Source: Gammaproteobacteria bacterium (GTDB lineage: Bacteria; Pseudomonadota; Gammaproteobacteria; Ga0077554; Ga007554). From it: 64,000 nt of DNA. Shown here in pieces: positions 36,394 to 47,493 of the stretch (the first letter of the stretch is position 1; each line of letters begins with the position of its first letter). The stretch spans positions 2,709-66,708 of the forward strand of contig JAHFRW010000009.1 of NCBI GenBank assembly GCA_023266055.1, read 5' to 3'. The translations under genes were made by a program, and so were the position numbers. Below the pieces are notes generated by a model. It saw only the letters and a list, made by a program, of their open reading frames with translations. It had not been told where the DNA came from and searched no databases.

Positions 36394-38676
36394 CTATGAA
36401 ATCACAAGATCCTCACGCACTCCCGCAATATATCCCGGCACCCGAAGAACGGGGGCGGGACGCCCCACATGATACCCTTGCACAAAATCTACACCATATT
36501 GTTTCAACAAATCAAGCGTCTGCTGGTTCTCAACAAACTCTGCAATTGTAATTTTACCCAAGGCATGCGCCACCTGATTCATGGATTGCACCATGGCCTG
36601 ATCCACCAGACCATCCACCAAACCCTGCACAAATGAACCGTCAATCTTGAGCTTGTCGACGGGCAAATGTTTCAAATAAATAAATGAACTGAACCCTGCA
36701 CCAAAATCATCAAGTGCAAAATGACAGCCAATATCCTTTAACTCGCTGATAAAATGTATCGCCGCCGCAAGATTGGCAATAGCAGCGGTCTCCGTAATTT
36801 CAAAAGTAATTCGTGCTGGATTCAATGCAGTGTCGCGCAAAAGATCCCTGACCAGTGGTAACAGCGTGGCATCCTCAAAAGCACGGCCTGACAGGTTAAT
36901 GGAAAAGCCCACCTTGCACCCTGTCTCATGGAGTCGCGCCAACTCCATTATCGCCTTCGACACAACCCAACGATCCACGCTGTTAATTAAACCAAAACGC
37001 TCGGCTGCCGGCAAAAAACCACCAGGCAAAACAATATGTCCATCATCACAGCGCATGCGTACCAGCACTTCATAATCATGTGATTGGTCATCAGCCAGCG
37101 ACATGATGGGTTGATACATAAAGTGAAAGCGATCCTGCTCCAGGGTTTGTCGCACCCGTGCTGCCCACCCCATATCAGCGGCCATGCCCGCTTTACCACC
37201 ATCCAGAGGATTGTGCAGATAAGCCTGGTTACGCCCACGTGATTTGGCAACATTGGCCGCCATATCAGCCTGTACCATGCATTCATCCGCTGTCAGAATA
37301 TTATTATCAATCATTGCAATACCCAGACTGGCCGTGACAGTGTAGACGCTGCCCGCATCAAAAAACTTATAGGCTTCAAGCAACGAACGCAGATATTCTG
37401 CAACACGCAGGGTATTATCCATATCCACGTTATACAGCAACACGGTGAATTCATCACCACCAAAACGTGCGCATAAATCCCCTTCGCGCAAATGTGACTG
37501 CAACAAACGTGAAACCTCGACCAGCAATCTATCGCCTGCCGCATGCCCCAGTGTATCGTTAATATATTTGAACTGATCAAGATCAATATAAAACAGCGCA
37601 CAGCTTGCGCCACTGCGTGCAACACGCGCCACCAGCCGTTCCAGTTCCTGCTGGAAATAACGGCGATTAAACAACCCTGTTAAGGAATCATGCTCTGCCT
37701 GATAGGCGAGCTGATGTTCAAAGGCTTTTTGCTTGGTAATATCACGCGCTGTGCCGCTGATACGCACGACCTTGCCATCTGCATCCAGATGAGGCTTGGC
37801 ATTAAAACTCAGATTATGTAATTTTCCATTACGATCAACATGCACAGTTTCATAGTGCTGCAACTCCTTGCCATCAAGCAACTCGGCAAAGGCCGCCGCA
37901 TCCTGCACCACATAGCCGGGAGATTGTGTTTCTTTCATCAGACAACCGAGCATTTCTTCGGGGTCGTAGCCGTAAATAGTTCTCGCTGCCTTGTTAAGAT
38001 ATATCCAGCGCCCCTGTGTATCGATACTCCATACCAGATCATGGGCAGTCTCGACCAGATCACGATAACGTGCTTCAGCATTCATCAGCTTTTCTGCGGC
38101 CGCCTTACGTTCCGATATATCTGCCACCAGGCAGGTATACATCATCCTGGCGTTCAACTGCATCAGGCTCACACGCACCGACATGGGAATAACACAACCA
38201 TTCGCATGAACCCCCTCCACCTCCTGCTCACCACGCATCACCTGCGGCACACCCTGAGCAGTGATGATCGACGGCAATAATAAGATTAAAGATTGACCAT
38301 AAATCTCCTGCGCGGTATAACCAAACAGAAGCTCGGCGGCAGGATTAAAGGTATCAATACAACCTTGTTCATTCACCACGATAATGCCTTCCACCGCTGT
38401 ATCAACAATGGCGCGCACTTGCGAATTCTGATCACCCAGATGCTGAAAAACTGTGCTTAACGTCTGTCTCAGATAGCTCACTTCATCCAGTTCCCGAGAA
38501 CCTGCCTGAATCAAATCTGAAGATGCAGAATATAAATCAGGAACGTGAGGCGTGTTGCGCGACGCGCTTGTTTGCACGTATTCCGCACGGCGTAGCAAAC
38601 TACGTATAAACAACACTACCAAGGCTGCCGTCAGTAACCCGGGCACAACCCACAGAAACAAGGGCTCAGACAACAT
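36394..38676 (-). CDS. Membrane-anchored PAS/PAC-GGDEF-EAL c-di-GMP signalling protein
   Basis: 760 aa; GGDEF motif (RFGGDEFTVLL) and EAL domain (EVLVRMR...), preceded by tandem PAS domains and an N-terminal TM region. Confidence 0.9.
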   Translation of the reverse strand: MLSEPLFLWVVPGLLTAALVVLFIRSLLRRAEYVQTSASRNTPHVPDLYSASSDLIQAGSRELDEVSYLRQTLSTVFQHLGDQNSQVRAIVDTAVEGIIVVNEQGCIDTFNPAAELLFGYTAQEIYGQSLILLLPSIITAQGVPQVMRGEQEVEGVHANGCVIPMSVRVSLMQLNARMMYTCLVADISERKAAAEKLMNAEARYRDLVETAHDLVWSIDTQGRWIYLNKAARTIYGYDPEEMLGCLMKETQSPGYVVQDAAAFAELLDGKELQHYETVHVDRNGKLHNLSFNAKPHLDADGKVVRISGTARDITKQKAFEHQLAYQAEHDSLTGLFNRRYFQQELERLVARVARSGASCALFYIDLDQFKYINDTLGHAAGDRLLVEVSRLLQSHLREGDLCARFGGDEFTVLLYNVDMDNTLRVAEYLRSLLEAYKFFDAGSVYTVTASLGIAMIDNNILTADECMVQADMAANVAKSRGRNQAYLHNPLDGGKAGMAADMGWAARVRQTLEQDRFHFMYQPIMSLADDQSHDYEVLVRMRCDDGHIVLPGGFLPAAERFGLINSVDRWVVSKAIMELARLHETGCKVGFSINLSGRAFEDATLLPLVRDLLRDTALNPARITFEITETAAIANLAAAIHFISELKDIGCHFALDDFGAGFSSFIYLKHLPVDKLKIDGSFVQGLVDGLVDQAMVQSMNQVAHALGKITIAEFVENQQTLDLLKQYGVDFVQGYHVGRPAPVLRVPGYIAGVREDLVIS

Positions 38677-38948
38677 TATTCAATGCTCCCGGTACAGGAT
38701 AGTTTGACAGGATGGATGGGGCGACCAAGATTAAAAACTGGGTCTATAATCATGACAGAAACACAACCTCCCTGCCAAGAAGAAAATAAATGGCTGAGTT
38801 GCTTAACTATTGCCTGCCAGCATCTGGCCCGACAAAAAATAACATCCCTTAAAATATTCCATAAAAATAATCGATTCCAGAACGTAACCGTTTTTTGTTG
38901 CGCAAACAACCTGCTCAGAACTGAACACCGGCTAACTATCGATCCAGG

Positions 38949-39839
38949 CTAAAATTCAAGCACCCTGCGACTTGCAAAATACCGTCTCTGCCCTGTGTAC
39001 GGATCCTTAAAACAAATCGAGCGTGCCAGCAGCTGCAATGGCTGTAAAAAATCATCGATCTTCTCGGGAAGCAGCTCAGGATAAAATCTATCGTTAACAA
39101 TAGGAATGCCAAGCGCAGCAAGATGTACACGCAGTTGGTGTTTTTTTCCCGTCACCGGACGTAATTGATACAACACGGCATCACCACGATGTTTCAACAC
39201 CTCAATATGAGTTTCGGCATTAGACTCACCGCACACCTCCTGCATGCGGAAAAAAGGCTCCCCTGCCACTAAACGACTGCGATAGGTGAAAGGGAACGGA
39301 CGGCCGGGTAACGTTGCGGCGAGCGCCTCGTAGACCTTGCTGATTTCACGCTGGTGAAACAATGACTGATAATCACCACGACTGGCCAGATTCGATGAAA
39401 ACAGAATCACTCCAGCAGTTTCCCGATCCAGCCGATGAATCGGCGTCAGATGCTCAAGATGAAATTTTCGCTTCAGGCGCACCAGTAAAGTTTCGTGCAG
39501 ATATCGACCGGAGGGAACAACCGGCAGAAAATGTGGCTTATCCACCACCAGTAAATGCTCGTCCTGAAAAAGAATCGTCTCCTCAAAGGGAATGGGTGTT
39601 TCTCCTTCCAGCTCCCGGTAGTAATAAATCCTCGCGCCTGCACGATAGGCATGGTCGGGCATGAGACACAACCCCTCCTCGTCAACCACTTCGCCCTTGT
39701 GCATGCGCGCAACCCAGGTTGCCGCATCCACCTCCGGATAAAATTGCTGCAGGAACGCCAGCATCGAACACCAGAGACCGACCGGCAGATACTGCTGGCT
39801 CGGGGACACGCCATCACGCATGGGTAACGGTGATTTCAT
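38949..39839 (-). CDS. RluA-family pseudouridine synthase
   Basis: HRLDRETAGVILFS catalytic motif; about 300 aa. Confidence 0.8.
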   Translation of the reverse strand: MKSPLPMRDGVSPSQQYLPVGLWCSMLAFLQQFYPEVDAATWVARMHKGEVVDEEGLCLMPDHAYRAGARIYYYRELEGETPIPFEETILFQDEHLLVVDKPHFLPVVPSGRYLHETLLVRLKRKFHLEHLTPIHRLDRETAGVILFSSNLASRGDYQSLFHQREISKVYEALAATLPGRPFPFTYRSRLVAGEPFFRMQEVCGESNAETHIEVLKHRGDAVLYQLRPVTGKKHQLRVHLAALGIPIVNDRFYPELLPEKIDDFLQPLQLLARSICFKDPYTGQRRYFASRRVLEF

Positions 39840-39941
39840 CCTCCTTGAATACCTGTTCGCCACTGCTCAGGAGAGAGTAGCCTTAAATGGGAATGTAGCG
39901 TTGCCCTGTCGGGGTACCCGGAAACGATACATAACAGCACG

Positions 39942-40439
39942 TCAACCATCAGGGCTTGCCGGGTTATTGGCGATTTTTTGTAATTGCTCTGCACTGAGGG
40001 TATAAGCACGCGCAAAACCGCCTACATAACGAACCCCCAGAGGTTTCAACCGGAACAATACAAAATCGTTAAACCCAAATAATAACTCCGCCGCAGGTAA
40101 GCGATGGATATAAGCGGCGCGTGCTGCGGAAAATTCCTCACCTTCACGATCCAGCACACTCACCCGACCTTGAATACTGACCCGCGCCAATGTTTGTGGA
40201 TCACCCTCACCTGTATCAGGCTGGGTAATTAACAATGATGCACGTGCGTCATTCAACAAATGGCGCGTATGCGCGGCAAGATGACTAAGGTGTAACAAGA
40301 AACCGCTACAGCCAGGTTCAGGAACATAGGCCACCATTGATGCCGATGGCCCCTCTTCAGATAACGTAGCCAACGCCGCCCAGCGTTGACCCGCGATCAA
40401 GTGCAGCAAATGATGTGTCTCCGGGCCGGTGATCGTCAC
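39942..40439 (-). CDS. Pyridoxamine 5'-phosphate oxidase-like FMN-binding split-barrel protein
   Basis: 165 aa; pattern ..WAALATLSEEG.P.ASMV... typical of the PNPOx-like family. Confidence 0.65.
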   Translation of the reverse strand: MTITGPETHHLLHLIAGQRWAALATLSEEGPSASMVAYVPEPGCSGFLLHLSHLAAHTRHLLNDARASLLITQPDTGEGDPQTLARVSIQGRVSVLDREGEEFSAARAAYIHRLPAAELLFGFNDFVLFRLKPLGVRYVGGFARAYTLSAEQLQKIANNPASPDG

Positions 40440-40578
40440 GACATCACAGCAGGCAAAGTATGGCTATGTCTTTTCCGCATGCTCAGCATCCATTTTAAAA
40501 GGTAATCCTTACTGTCCGATGGATAATATACCTTAATTTCACAGACACGCCACAACCTGATTGTTGCAGACGTTCAGA

Positions 40579-41418
40579 CTAGGCTGTCAGGCATACACCT
40601 TCAGGAAGGGCTAGCTCAAGGGAGATGGGCAAGTGATCAGATACGATCTGATTCAGGACTTGCACATTGCTGATTTTGAGTGAAGGGGTTACTAAAATAT
40701 GGTCGATATTGCGGTAAGGCCGCCAACTGGGAAAGGTATGCAATGCCTCCAGTGGCTCACACAAGTGTGTGTTTTCAAGCAGTACATCCATTTCTTCGCT
40801 TTGCGGTTGACAGTTCAAATCACCCATCAATACTACATGCTGGTAATCATTAACAATCTCGCCAATAAATGCGAGCTGTTGCATACGGGCCCGTTTGCTC
40901 AGCGCCAGATGCGCCAGCAATACCACCAAAGGATGCTCGCCGTCTCCATACCGCGCCATCATCAAGCCACGCCCGGGAATTAATCCTGGCAACTTGTACT
41001 CAACTACCTCATGTGGCTGGATTTTGCTTAACATGCCATTACTGTGCTGGGCAAACTTCCCGAGGTCACGGTTAGTCTGGTGATACCAGAAAGGAAAGCG
41101 TCCACGCCTTGCCAGATATTCGACCTGGTTAATAAAATAGCTCCGCATGCTGCCAGCGTCTACTTCCTGCAACGCCACCACATCATGATCACTGACAAGG
41201 TGTGCGATACGATCCAGGTTCTCAAAGCTGCGCGGATGCGGGAAGACATGCTTCCAGCCTTGCGTCACATAGTGGTGGGCACGTGTCGAGGCAATGCCCG
41301 CCTGAATATTATAACTTAACAAGCGTAAGTGTGTTCTGGGATGGCCGGTGGTAACAGGCACACGATGTGACGCATAGCCAGAATGCAAATCCTGGGAAAC
41401 AGGGGCTGGTACACTCAT
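40579..41418 (-). CDS. Endonuclease/exonuclease/phosphatase (EEP) family protein
   Basis: LRLLSYNIQ...ALQEVD...GDLN...SDHLPI catalytic motifs of the EEP fold. Confidence 0.8.
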   Translation of the reverse strand: MSVPAPVSQDLHSGYASHRVPVTTGHPRTHLRLLSYNIQAGIASTRAHHYVTQGWKHVFPHPRSFENLDRIAHLVSDHDVVALQEVDAGSMRSYFINQVEYLARRGRFPFWYHQTNRDLGKFAQHSNGMLSKIQPHEVVEYKLPGLIPGRGLMMARYGDGEHPLVVLLAHLALSKRARMQQLAFIGEIVNDYQHVVLMGDLNCQPQSEEMDVLLENTHLCEPLEALHTFPSWRPYRNIDHILVTPSLKISNVQVLNQIVSDHLPISLELALPEGVCLTA

Positions 41419-43061
41419 AGCTGGAAAATCATGCTCCCAAGCTTCTCGGTCAACTTGAGATTTTCCCGGTAATCAACCGGGCAATCAATGATGCTGACCG
41501 TGTCATCTGCCAATGCCGTTTTCAGAATAGGCAATAAATCCTCGGCACGTTCCACACGATACCCCTTGGCACCAAACGAATCGGCATATTTGACAAAATC
41601 CGGGTTAGTGAACTGGACGTTGGTATGCCGTCCATAGATATTCATTTGCTTCCATTCAATCAAACCATAGCTACAGTCATTCCAGATCAGAATGACAATC
41701 GGCACTTTCATGCGCATGGCCGTTTCAATTTCCTGGGAATTCATCAGAAAACCTGCATCACCTGTCACGGCTACGACTTTACGTTGTGGATAGGCCAGGC
41801 GCGCTGCAATGGCGCCCGGCACGGCAATGCCCATGCTGGCAAAACCATTGGAGATAATACAGGTGTTGGGGTGTTCACAACGAAACATACGCGCCATCCA
41901 CATCTTGTGTGCACCAACATCACAGATGACAATGTCTTCCAGGCCCATGGCCGTACGCAAATCCCAGATGATTTTTTGTGGCTTGATGGGGAAACCCTGA
42001 TCAGCACGATGCATGTCCATTTCCGCAATCAAGGCATCACGCAAGGGGCGCAAACGATGGCCCTGATGCGGTGTCGCCAGATCTGCAATGCGATCCAGAC
42101 TGTAACGAATATCTCCCAGCACACCTACTTCAACAACATAATACGCATCCACTTCTGCGGGAGACATATCGATATGGATAATCTTGCGATCACGGGTGGG
42201 ATGCCATAAATACGGGTGGTATTCAACCAGATCGTAACCGACACAAATAATGACATCGGCCTGATCAAAACCAAAATTGGCGTAGTCATGTGCCTGTAAA
42301 CCCGCACTGCCTAATGCCATCGGATGTTTGAAAGGCACCACTCCCTTCGCCATAAAGGTATTGGTCACCGGAATATTCAGACGTTGCGCAAAGGCCGCCA
42401 GCTGCTGCCAGGCCTGCGCACGAATCACGCCATTACCCGCCAGAATGATGGGATTACGTGCACCGGAAATAATCTCGGCGGCACGCAATACCCGCTCGGA
42501 AGAAGGTTCCGGCGGTGTGGGTTGCTGTGCGCGCAACGGTACATCGTCAATCGGCATTTCAGCCAGATTTTCGGGAAATTCAATAAATGCTGCGCCGGTC
42601 TTTTCCATCTGCGCCTGCTTGAATGCCTTGCGCACCACTTCCGGAATGGTGTTGGGCGTCAACAGACGCGTGGAATACTTGGTGATGGGTTCAAAGATAT
42701 TCTGCAGATCCAATACCTGATGTGATTCCTTGTGCAAACGGTTGGTGCCCGCCTGCCCGGCAATTGCCACGACAGGCGCATGATCCATATTGGCATCGGC
42801 AACACCGGTGACCAGATTGGTTGCACCTGGCCCGAGCGTTGACAAACAGACGCCGGCACGACGTGTTAAGCGTCCATACACATCCGCCATAAAAGCAGCG
42901 CCTTGTTCATGGCGTGTCGTCACAAATTTGATGGGAGACCCCAGCAATGCATCCATGACCGCCAGGTTTTCTTCACCCGGAATACCGAAGATATATTCTA
43001 CCCCTTCGTTTTCCAGACACTTTACAAACAGTTCCGCCGCTTTCATAGTCTGACCTTGCAT
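41415..43061 (-). CDS. Acetolactate synthase large-subunit-like thiamine-pyrophosphate enzyme
   Basis: N-terminal GVEYIFGIPGEENL...; TPP-binding region GDAGFLMNSQEIETA...; about 545 aa. Confidence 0.8.
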   Translation of the reverse strand: MQGQTMKAAELFVKCLENEGVEYIFGIPGEENLAVMDALLGSPIKFVTTRHEQGAAFMADVYGRLTRRAGVCLSTLGPGATNLVTGVADANMDHAPVVAIAGQAGTNRLHKESHQVLDLQNIFEPITKYSTRLLTPNTIPEVVRKAFKQAQMEKTGAAFIEFPENLAEMPIDDVPLRAQQPTPPEPSSERVLRAAEIISGARNPIILAGNGVIRAQAWQQLAAFAQRLNIPVTNTFMAKGVVPFKHPMALGSAGLQAHDYANFGFDQADVIICVGYDLVEYHPYLWHPTRDRKIIHIDMSPAEVDAYYVVEVGVLGDIRYSLDRIADLATPHQGHRLRPLRDALIAEMDMHRADQGFPIKPQKIIWDLRTAMGLEDIVICDVGAHKMWMARMFRCEHPNTCIISNGFASMGIAVPGAIAARLAYPQRKVVAVTGDAGFLMNSQEIETAMRMKVPIVILIWNDCSYGLIEWKQMNIYGRHTNVQFTNPDFVKYADSFGAKGYRVERAEDLLPILKTALADDTVSIIDCPVDYRENLKLTEKLGSMIFQL

Positions 43062-43218
43062 TGTATTATTTATACTTGAAAAAACTGAAACCTTAAAACT
43101 CGGAACACGCATCTAGGCGCGTCAGTCTCTCTGTCAAAATAGCGGCATGGCGCACTAATTCTTAACCTGGATGATTGATGCATCCACGCAATAATCATAT
43201 GAACGTCAATCCTGACGC

Positions 43219-43845
43219 TCAGGGCTGGCTGACCAGAAAATCGACGACCTGCAGCAGCCGTTCATTGGTGCCGCCTGCCATCTGACCATCAACCCGGTAT
43301 TTACCATTCACGACGATGGAAGGCGTGGAATTAATCCCATAACGCTTGGTTAACTCACGGGCACGACGTACTTTACTGTCCACCGCAAATGAATTGAACA
43401 CCTTCTTGAAATCCGCATTGCTGACACCCTGTTCTGCAAACACCGCCATGACAGCCGCTTCACTGTCCATTTTGCGCTTTTGCGCATGAATGGCATTAAA
43501 CAGGGGATTATGAACCTTTTCTACAACGCCCAGCGCTTCGGCGGCATAATACGCCTTGGCCAGCACCGCCCATTCCTCACGGAAAATAACCGGCAAGCGT
43601 ACAAAAGTGACATTCTCAGCCTTGTTTTTCAACCAACGCTCAATATATGGCTCAAAGCGATGGCAATGTGAACACCCATAGGAAAACAATTCCAGCACCT
43701 CGATCTTTGCCCCGCTCACTGTGGGCTGTTCAGGGGTAATCACCTGATAATGTACACCCTCCTCAAAGGCAGGCGAAAAAAGGGCTGCCGACGCCGTAAA
43801 TGGCAACAACACCATAAGAAAGATCATATTTGCTACATACTTCAT
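43219..43845 (-). CDS. dsbA: Thiol:disulfide interchange protein DsbA
   Basis: Signal peptide; CSHC active site (FSYGCSHCHRFEP); 208 aa. Confidence 0.85.
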   Translation of the reverse strand: MKYVANMIFLMVLLPFTASAALFSPAFEEGVHYQVITPEQPTVSGAKIEVLELFSYGCSHCHRFEPYIERWLKNKAENVTFVRLPVIFREEWAVLAKAYYAAEALGVVEKVHNPLFNAIHAQKRKMDSEAAVMAVFAEQGVSNADFKKVFNSFAVDSKVRRARELTKRYGINSTPSIVVNGKYRVDGQMAGGTNERLLQVVDFLVSQP

Positions 43846-43970
43846 GTACTTACTCCCTCTATACTGATTAAGAACTTACCCTAGCCTATGCAACTTATCA
43901 CACTAACGCAATAGGTGATCCCCTAATATATTTGCTATGCTATGGACAACTTAAGCTAAGGAGTGTTGCC

Positions 43971-44459
43971 ATGACATCAAAAGAAATTAATCTGACCCAG
44001 TTTCTCAGCCACCACCACCTGTGCGCGTCATTGACTGTTCAGGAAGTGGAAACCCTGCTTAAGTATCTCGAATTTGTCGAATATAAAAAAGATAATGTTA
44101 TTGCCAACATCGGTGATGTGGGCGATGCCCTGTATTTTGTAGTAAAAGGTGAAGCGGCCCTGATACACGATGATGGCAGTCAGGTCATTGAAGTCGGACG
44201 CATGAAAGAAGGCGAACTAATGGGCGAAATGTCGTTTTTTGACCGCAAACCACGGATGCTACGCATGGTCGCCACCACCGATAAAACCCAGCTTTTGAAA
44301 CTGTCACGCGCCATGTATCAGCGTCTGCGTGTAGAGCGCCCTTATGTGGCGGTCAATCTGTTGGAACACGCCATTATCAGCCTCGACCGTCTGGTACGCC
44401 ATGTGAGTGAAGCAGAAGCCAGCCTGACGCGTTATATTTTTGGCCCGGGCAAGCGTTAA
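43971..44459 (+). CDS. Cyclic-nucleotide-binding domain protein
   Basis: cNMP-binding beta-roll (GDVGDALYFVVKGEAAL...GEMSFF). Confidence 0.7.
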   Translation: MTSKEINLTQFLSHHHLCASLTVQEVETLLKYLEFVEYKKDNVIANIGDVGDALYFVVKGEAALIHDDGSQVIEVGRMKEGELMGEMSFFDRKPRMLRMVATTDKTQLLKLSRAMYQRLRVERPYVAVNLLEHAIISLDRLVRHVSEAEASLTRYIFGPGKR

Positions 44460-44537
44460 CCCTCACCACCCTTTACTTTATATGGATAATTGTCAGACGG
44501 CTTATGCGCTCTGATCCACACGCTTTTTTGGTACACC

Positions 44538-45191
44538 ATGCTCAATCCCCTTTACCGACGTGCCATCTTTACAACAGGCGCCCCCACAGTGGCCTGTTTA
44601 CCCCTCGACAGCGGCTATGAAGTCGCTTTTGCCGGTCGTTCAAATGCCGGAAAATCCAGCGCTATCAATAGTATAACAAACCAGAAAACATTGGCGCGTG
44701 TCAGCAAGACCCCCGGCCGCACCCAACATATCAATTTCTTTGAGCTGGATCCCGAGCGCCGCCTGGTAGATCTGCCGGGTTACGGCTACGCCAAAGTGGC
44801 GCATAGCGTCAAGGAACAGTGGCAGCAAACCTTAACCGTCTACCTCGATACCCGCCAATCACTGCGCGGGCTGGTGATCGTCATGGATAGTCGGCACCCA
44901 CTGACATCTTTCGACCAGCACATGCTGGATGCCTGCCAGCACGCACGCTTACCAACCCATATTTTACTGACCAAAGCTGACAAACTCAGCAAAGGTGCGG
45001 CAGGTGCCGTTCTGCAACAGGTCCGACGCGCCCTCGCTGAGCGTTACCGTGCGGAGGACGCCCCTCTACCCACAGTGCAACTGTTTTCAGCATTACGCAA
45101 CATCGGCATTGAAGACGCGCACCACACACTGGATCAGTGGTTCAATCTGAAGACAACCATGGGCCCTGACACCGAACATCCACAAAAGTGA
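44538..45191 (+). CDS. engB: Ribosome biogenesis GTPase EngB/YihA
   Basis: [17 protein letters not shown] (G1), DLPGYGYA (G3) and TKADK (G4) motifs. Confidence 0.85.
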   Translation: MLNPLYRRAIFTTGAPTVACLPLDSGYEVAFAGRSNAGKSSAINSITNQKTLARVSKTPGRTQHINFFELDPERRLVDLPGYGYAKVAHSVKEQWQQTLTVYLDTRQSLRGLVIVMDSRHPLTSFDQHMLDACQHARLPTHILLTKADKLSKGAAGAVLQQVRRALAERYRAEDAPLPTVQLFSALRNIGIEDAHHTLDQWFNLKTTMGPDTEHPQK

Positions 45192-45200
45192 TTGATTTAA

Positions 45201-45312
45201 AATAAAAAAGCCCGGCATCCAAAAGGGGGAAGGATGCCGGGTTATAAGATACCCGGCTTGGGGAAACCGGGTATTAGGGTTTCTGCCCCCGGGAGGGAGA
45301 AGGGGCAGAACA
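45201..45312 (-). ncRNA. Candidate small RNA or structured terminator element, copy 1: three hairpins with C-rich loops ending in an intrinsic terminator
   Basis: Minus strand: ctgcccc[UCUCCCUCCC]ggggcag; tacccgg[UUUCCCCAA]gccgggta; gcccggcatcc[UUCCCCCUUUU]ggatgccgggc followed by UUUUUUAUUUU. Confidence 0.4.
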
Positions 45313-45426
45313 GCGCGAAAACATCGCAGCATACACTTAAGACGCTACGCTTCCCGAAAAGTTCACCGAATATTTCAACGCTTTTTCTGCCAGGGCCAAC
45401 CCGCTTCAATCAGTCCACGATAGGCA

Positions 45427-45540
45427 TAAAAAAACCCCGACATCCGAAAAGGGGGAAGGAGGTCGGGGAAAGAGTACCCGGCTTGGGGAAACCGGGTACA
45501 TAGGGGTTTCCGTCCCGGGAGGGAGTGGGACGGACAAGTG
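45427..45540 (-). ncRNA. Candidate small RNA or structured terminator element, copy 2 (tandem paralog with compensatory stem changes)
   Basis: Same three-hairpin architecture. Hairpin 1 and hairpin 3 stems differ from copy 1 at paired positions (ccgtccc/gggacgg versus ctgcccc/ggggcag). Hairpin 2 is identical. Confidence 0.4.
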
Positions 45541-45804
45541 TGAAAACCACACTCTCCCTACTTAGTGGGGATGACACAGATAAAGTTCAAGGGCTTGGCA
45601 GTAAAACCTGCGTCCTGCTCCAGCCCGAAAAGAGCACCATGCCTGATCAACCATGGTAAAATAAGGTGAAACTTCCACCAAACGGGCACCGTGACCTCGT
45701 GAATACCCCGGCGGGTGTCGCCACTCCTGCAAAACCCTGCCAGACAATGTCAGGGCAAATGTGCCTGAATTATATCCAGAAGCTCAACACGCCTGCAGCC
45801 ATGG

Positions 45805-46206
45805 CTAGAGATTTTCGTTCCAGAAAGTGGCCTCTATCTTGTTACCATCCAGATCACGGATAAAACACCCATAATAAGGTTCACCATACTGTGGTCTTGG
45901 CCCGGGCGCGCCATCATCCACACCTCCTGCACTCAAGGCCACTTCATAAAATGCATGCACTAATGCCTTGGAACTCACAACAAAACCAATATGGGCCCCA
46001 TTTCCGACCGTGGCAGGCTTTCCATCTATCGGCGCTTGCACCCAGAACTCGGGGAAATTCCGGCCATAAGCAACCGCCCCGGGGTGTTGCATAATCTGCC
46101 TGCAACCCAGAACGGGAAGTACCTTGTCGTAGAAAGCAACGGCACGCTCAAAGTTATTGGTGCCGATCGAAATATGAGAAACAATACTCGGGTTTTCGTT
46201 TGCCAT
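45805..46206 (-). CDS. VOC (glyoxalase/bleomycin-resistance/dioxygenase) family protein
   Basis: 133 aa; paired beta-alpha-beta-beta-beta modules (HISIGTNNFERAVAFYDKVL). Confidence 0.8.
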   Translation of the reverse strand: MANENPSIVSHISIGTNNFERAVAFYDKVLPVLGCRQIMQHPGAVAYGRNFPEFWVQAPIDGKPATVGNGAHIGFVVSSKALVHAFYEVALSAGGVDDGAPGPRPQYGEPYYGCFIRDLDGNKIEATFWNENL

Positions 46207-46293
46207 TTTCTTTCTCCTATCAATGCATCGGGAGGCTTAATCGTACACCCATGCTACTGACAACACTATGTCAGGAGTGATTCCGGCATCTGA

Positions 46294-47493
46294 TCACTCC
46301 ACCGCATACACCTGCCGTGCTGCCGCCTGCGCAACCCCGGTGTTAATGTGCGCACCTGTCGCCGCAAGCACTTCTTCAAGTGCGCGCAGGCACAGCAAAA
46401 CATTTTCTGAACGGCTGCTATAACCCATCAAACCAATACGCCAGATTTTACCGGCCATTTCACCCAGTCCGGCACCAATTTCGAGGTTATAATCCGCCAG
46501 CAAACGCCGCCGTACCTCGGCATCATCAGCCCCTTGCGGGAGAGTGACGGCATTTAATTGTGGCAGGCGCTGTGTTTCGCTCACAAAGAAACTCAACCCC
46601 ATCGCTTCGATACCGGCCTTGAGGGCACGATGGTTGAGCGCGTGCCTGGCCCACGCATTTTCCAGACCTTCTTCTTTTAGCATCACCAAGGCCTCATGCA
46701 AGCCATATAACGGATTGATGGGGGCTGTGTGGTGATACGTGCGCTTGTTGGCATTCCAGTAACCCAATACCAGGTTCAAATCCATAAACCAGCTTTGACA
46801 AGGTGTTTTACGGCGTTTGATAGCGTCTACAACACGTTCACCAAAACTCACCGGGGACAATCCCGGCGTGCAACCCAGACACTTTTGACTCCCCGAATAC
46901 ACGGCATCGACATCCCACTCGTCAATCTTCAAAGGTGTGCCCCCTAACGATGTCACCGCATCAACAATAGCAAGCGCATCATAACGGTGAGCAATATCCA
47001 CCAGTGCCTTAACATCGGATTGCGCACCCGTAGACGTTTCGGCATGCACAAAAGCAAGAATTCGGGCATCGGGATTGGACTTGAATGCCTCCTCTACCTT
47101 GCCCGGATCCACTGCTGTACCCCAAGCATCGTCGACCACTACCGCCACACCACCACAACGCTTCACATTCTCGATCATACGGCTGCCAAACACACCATTA
47201 CGGCACACTATCACTTTATCACCCGGCTCCACGAGATTCACAAAGCAGGTTTCCATGCCCACCGAACCTGGCCCGGACACGGGGAAAGTCAGCGCATTTT
47301 CGGTTTGAAACGCGTAGCGTAACAGGGTTTTCAGTTCTTCCATCATGCCCACAAAAGCAGGATCAAGATGGCCGATGGTGGGGCGCGCCATCGCAGCCAG
47401 CAGGCGTGGATGAACATCTGACGGCCCCGGCCCCATCAACGTACGAGCAGGCGGCAAAAAAGAAACGATGCTTTTACAGGTTGATATGTCCAT
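46294..47493 (-). CDS. Class V aminotransferase (serine-glyoxylate / alanine-glyoxylate aminotransferase type)
   Basis: PLP-lysine context [12 protein letters not shown]; about 400 aa; strong similarity to SGAT/AGXT enzymes. Confidence 0.85.
   Translation of the reverse strand: MDISTCKSIVSFLPPARTLMGPGPSDVHPRLLAAMARPTIGHLDPAFVGMMEELKTLLRYAFQTENALTFPVSGPGSVGMETCFVNLVEPGDKVIVCRNGVFGSRMIENVKRCGGVAVVVDDAWGTAVDPGKVEEAFKSNPDARILAFVHAETSTGAQSDVKALVDIAHRYDALAIVDAVTSLGGTPLKIDEWDVDAVYSGSQKCLGCTPGLSPVSFGERVVDAIKRRKTPCQSWFMDLNLVLGYWNANKRTYHHTAPINPLYGLHEALVMLKEEGLENAWARHALNHRALKAGIEAMGLSFFVSETQRLPQLNAVTLPQGADDAEVRRRLLADYNLEIGAGLGEMAGKIWRIGLMGYSSRSENVLLCLRALEEVLAATGAHINTGVAQAAARQVYAVE

Noticed and set aside
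45208-45540. RsmZ/CsrB-like GGA-loop sponge RNA on the plus strand
   Set aside because: Plus-strand loops are GGA-rich, but there is no plus-strand terminator. Both copies end in clean minus-strand intrinsic terminators, so minus-strand C-rich-loop elements are favoured.
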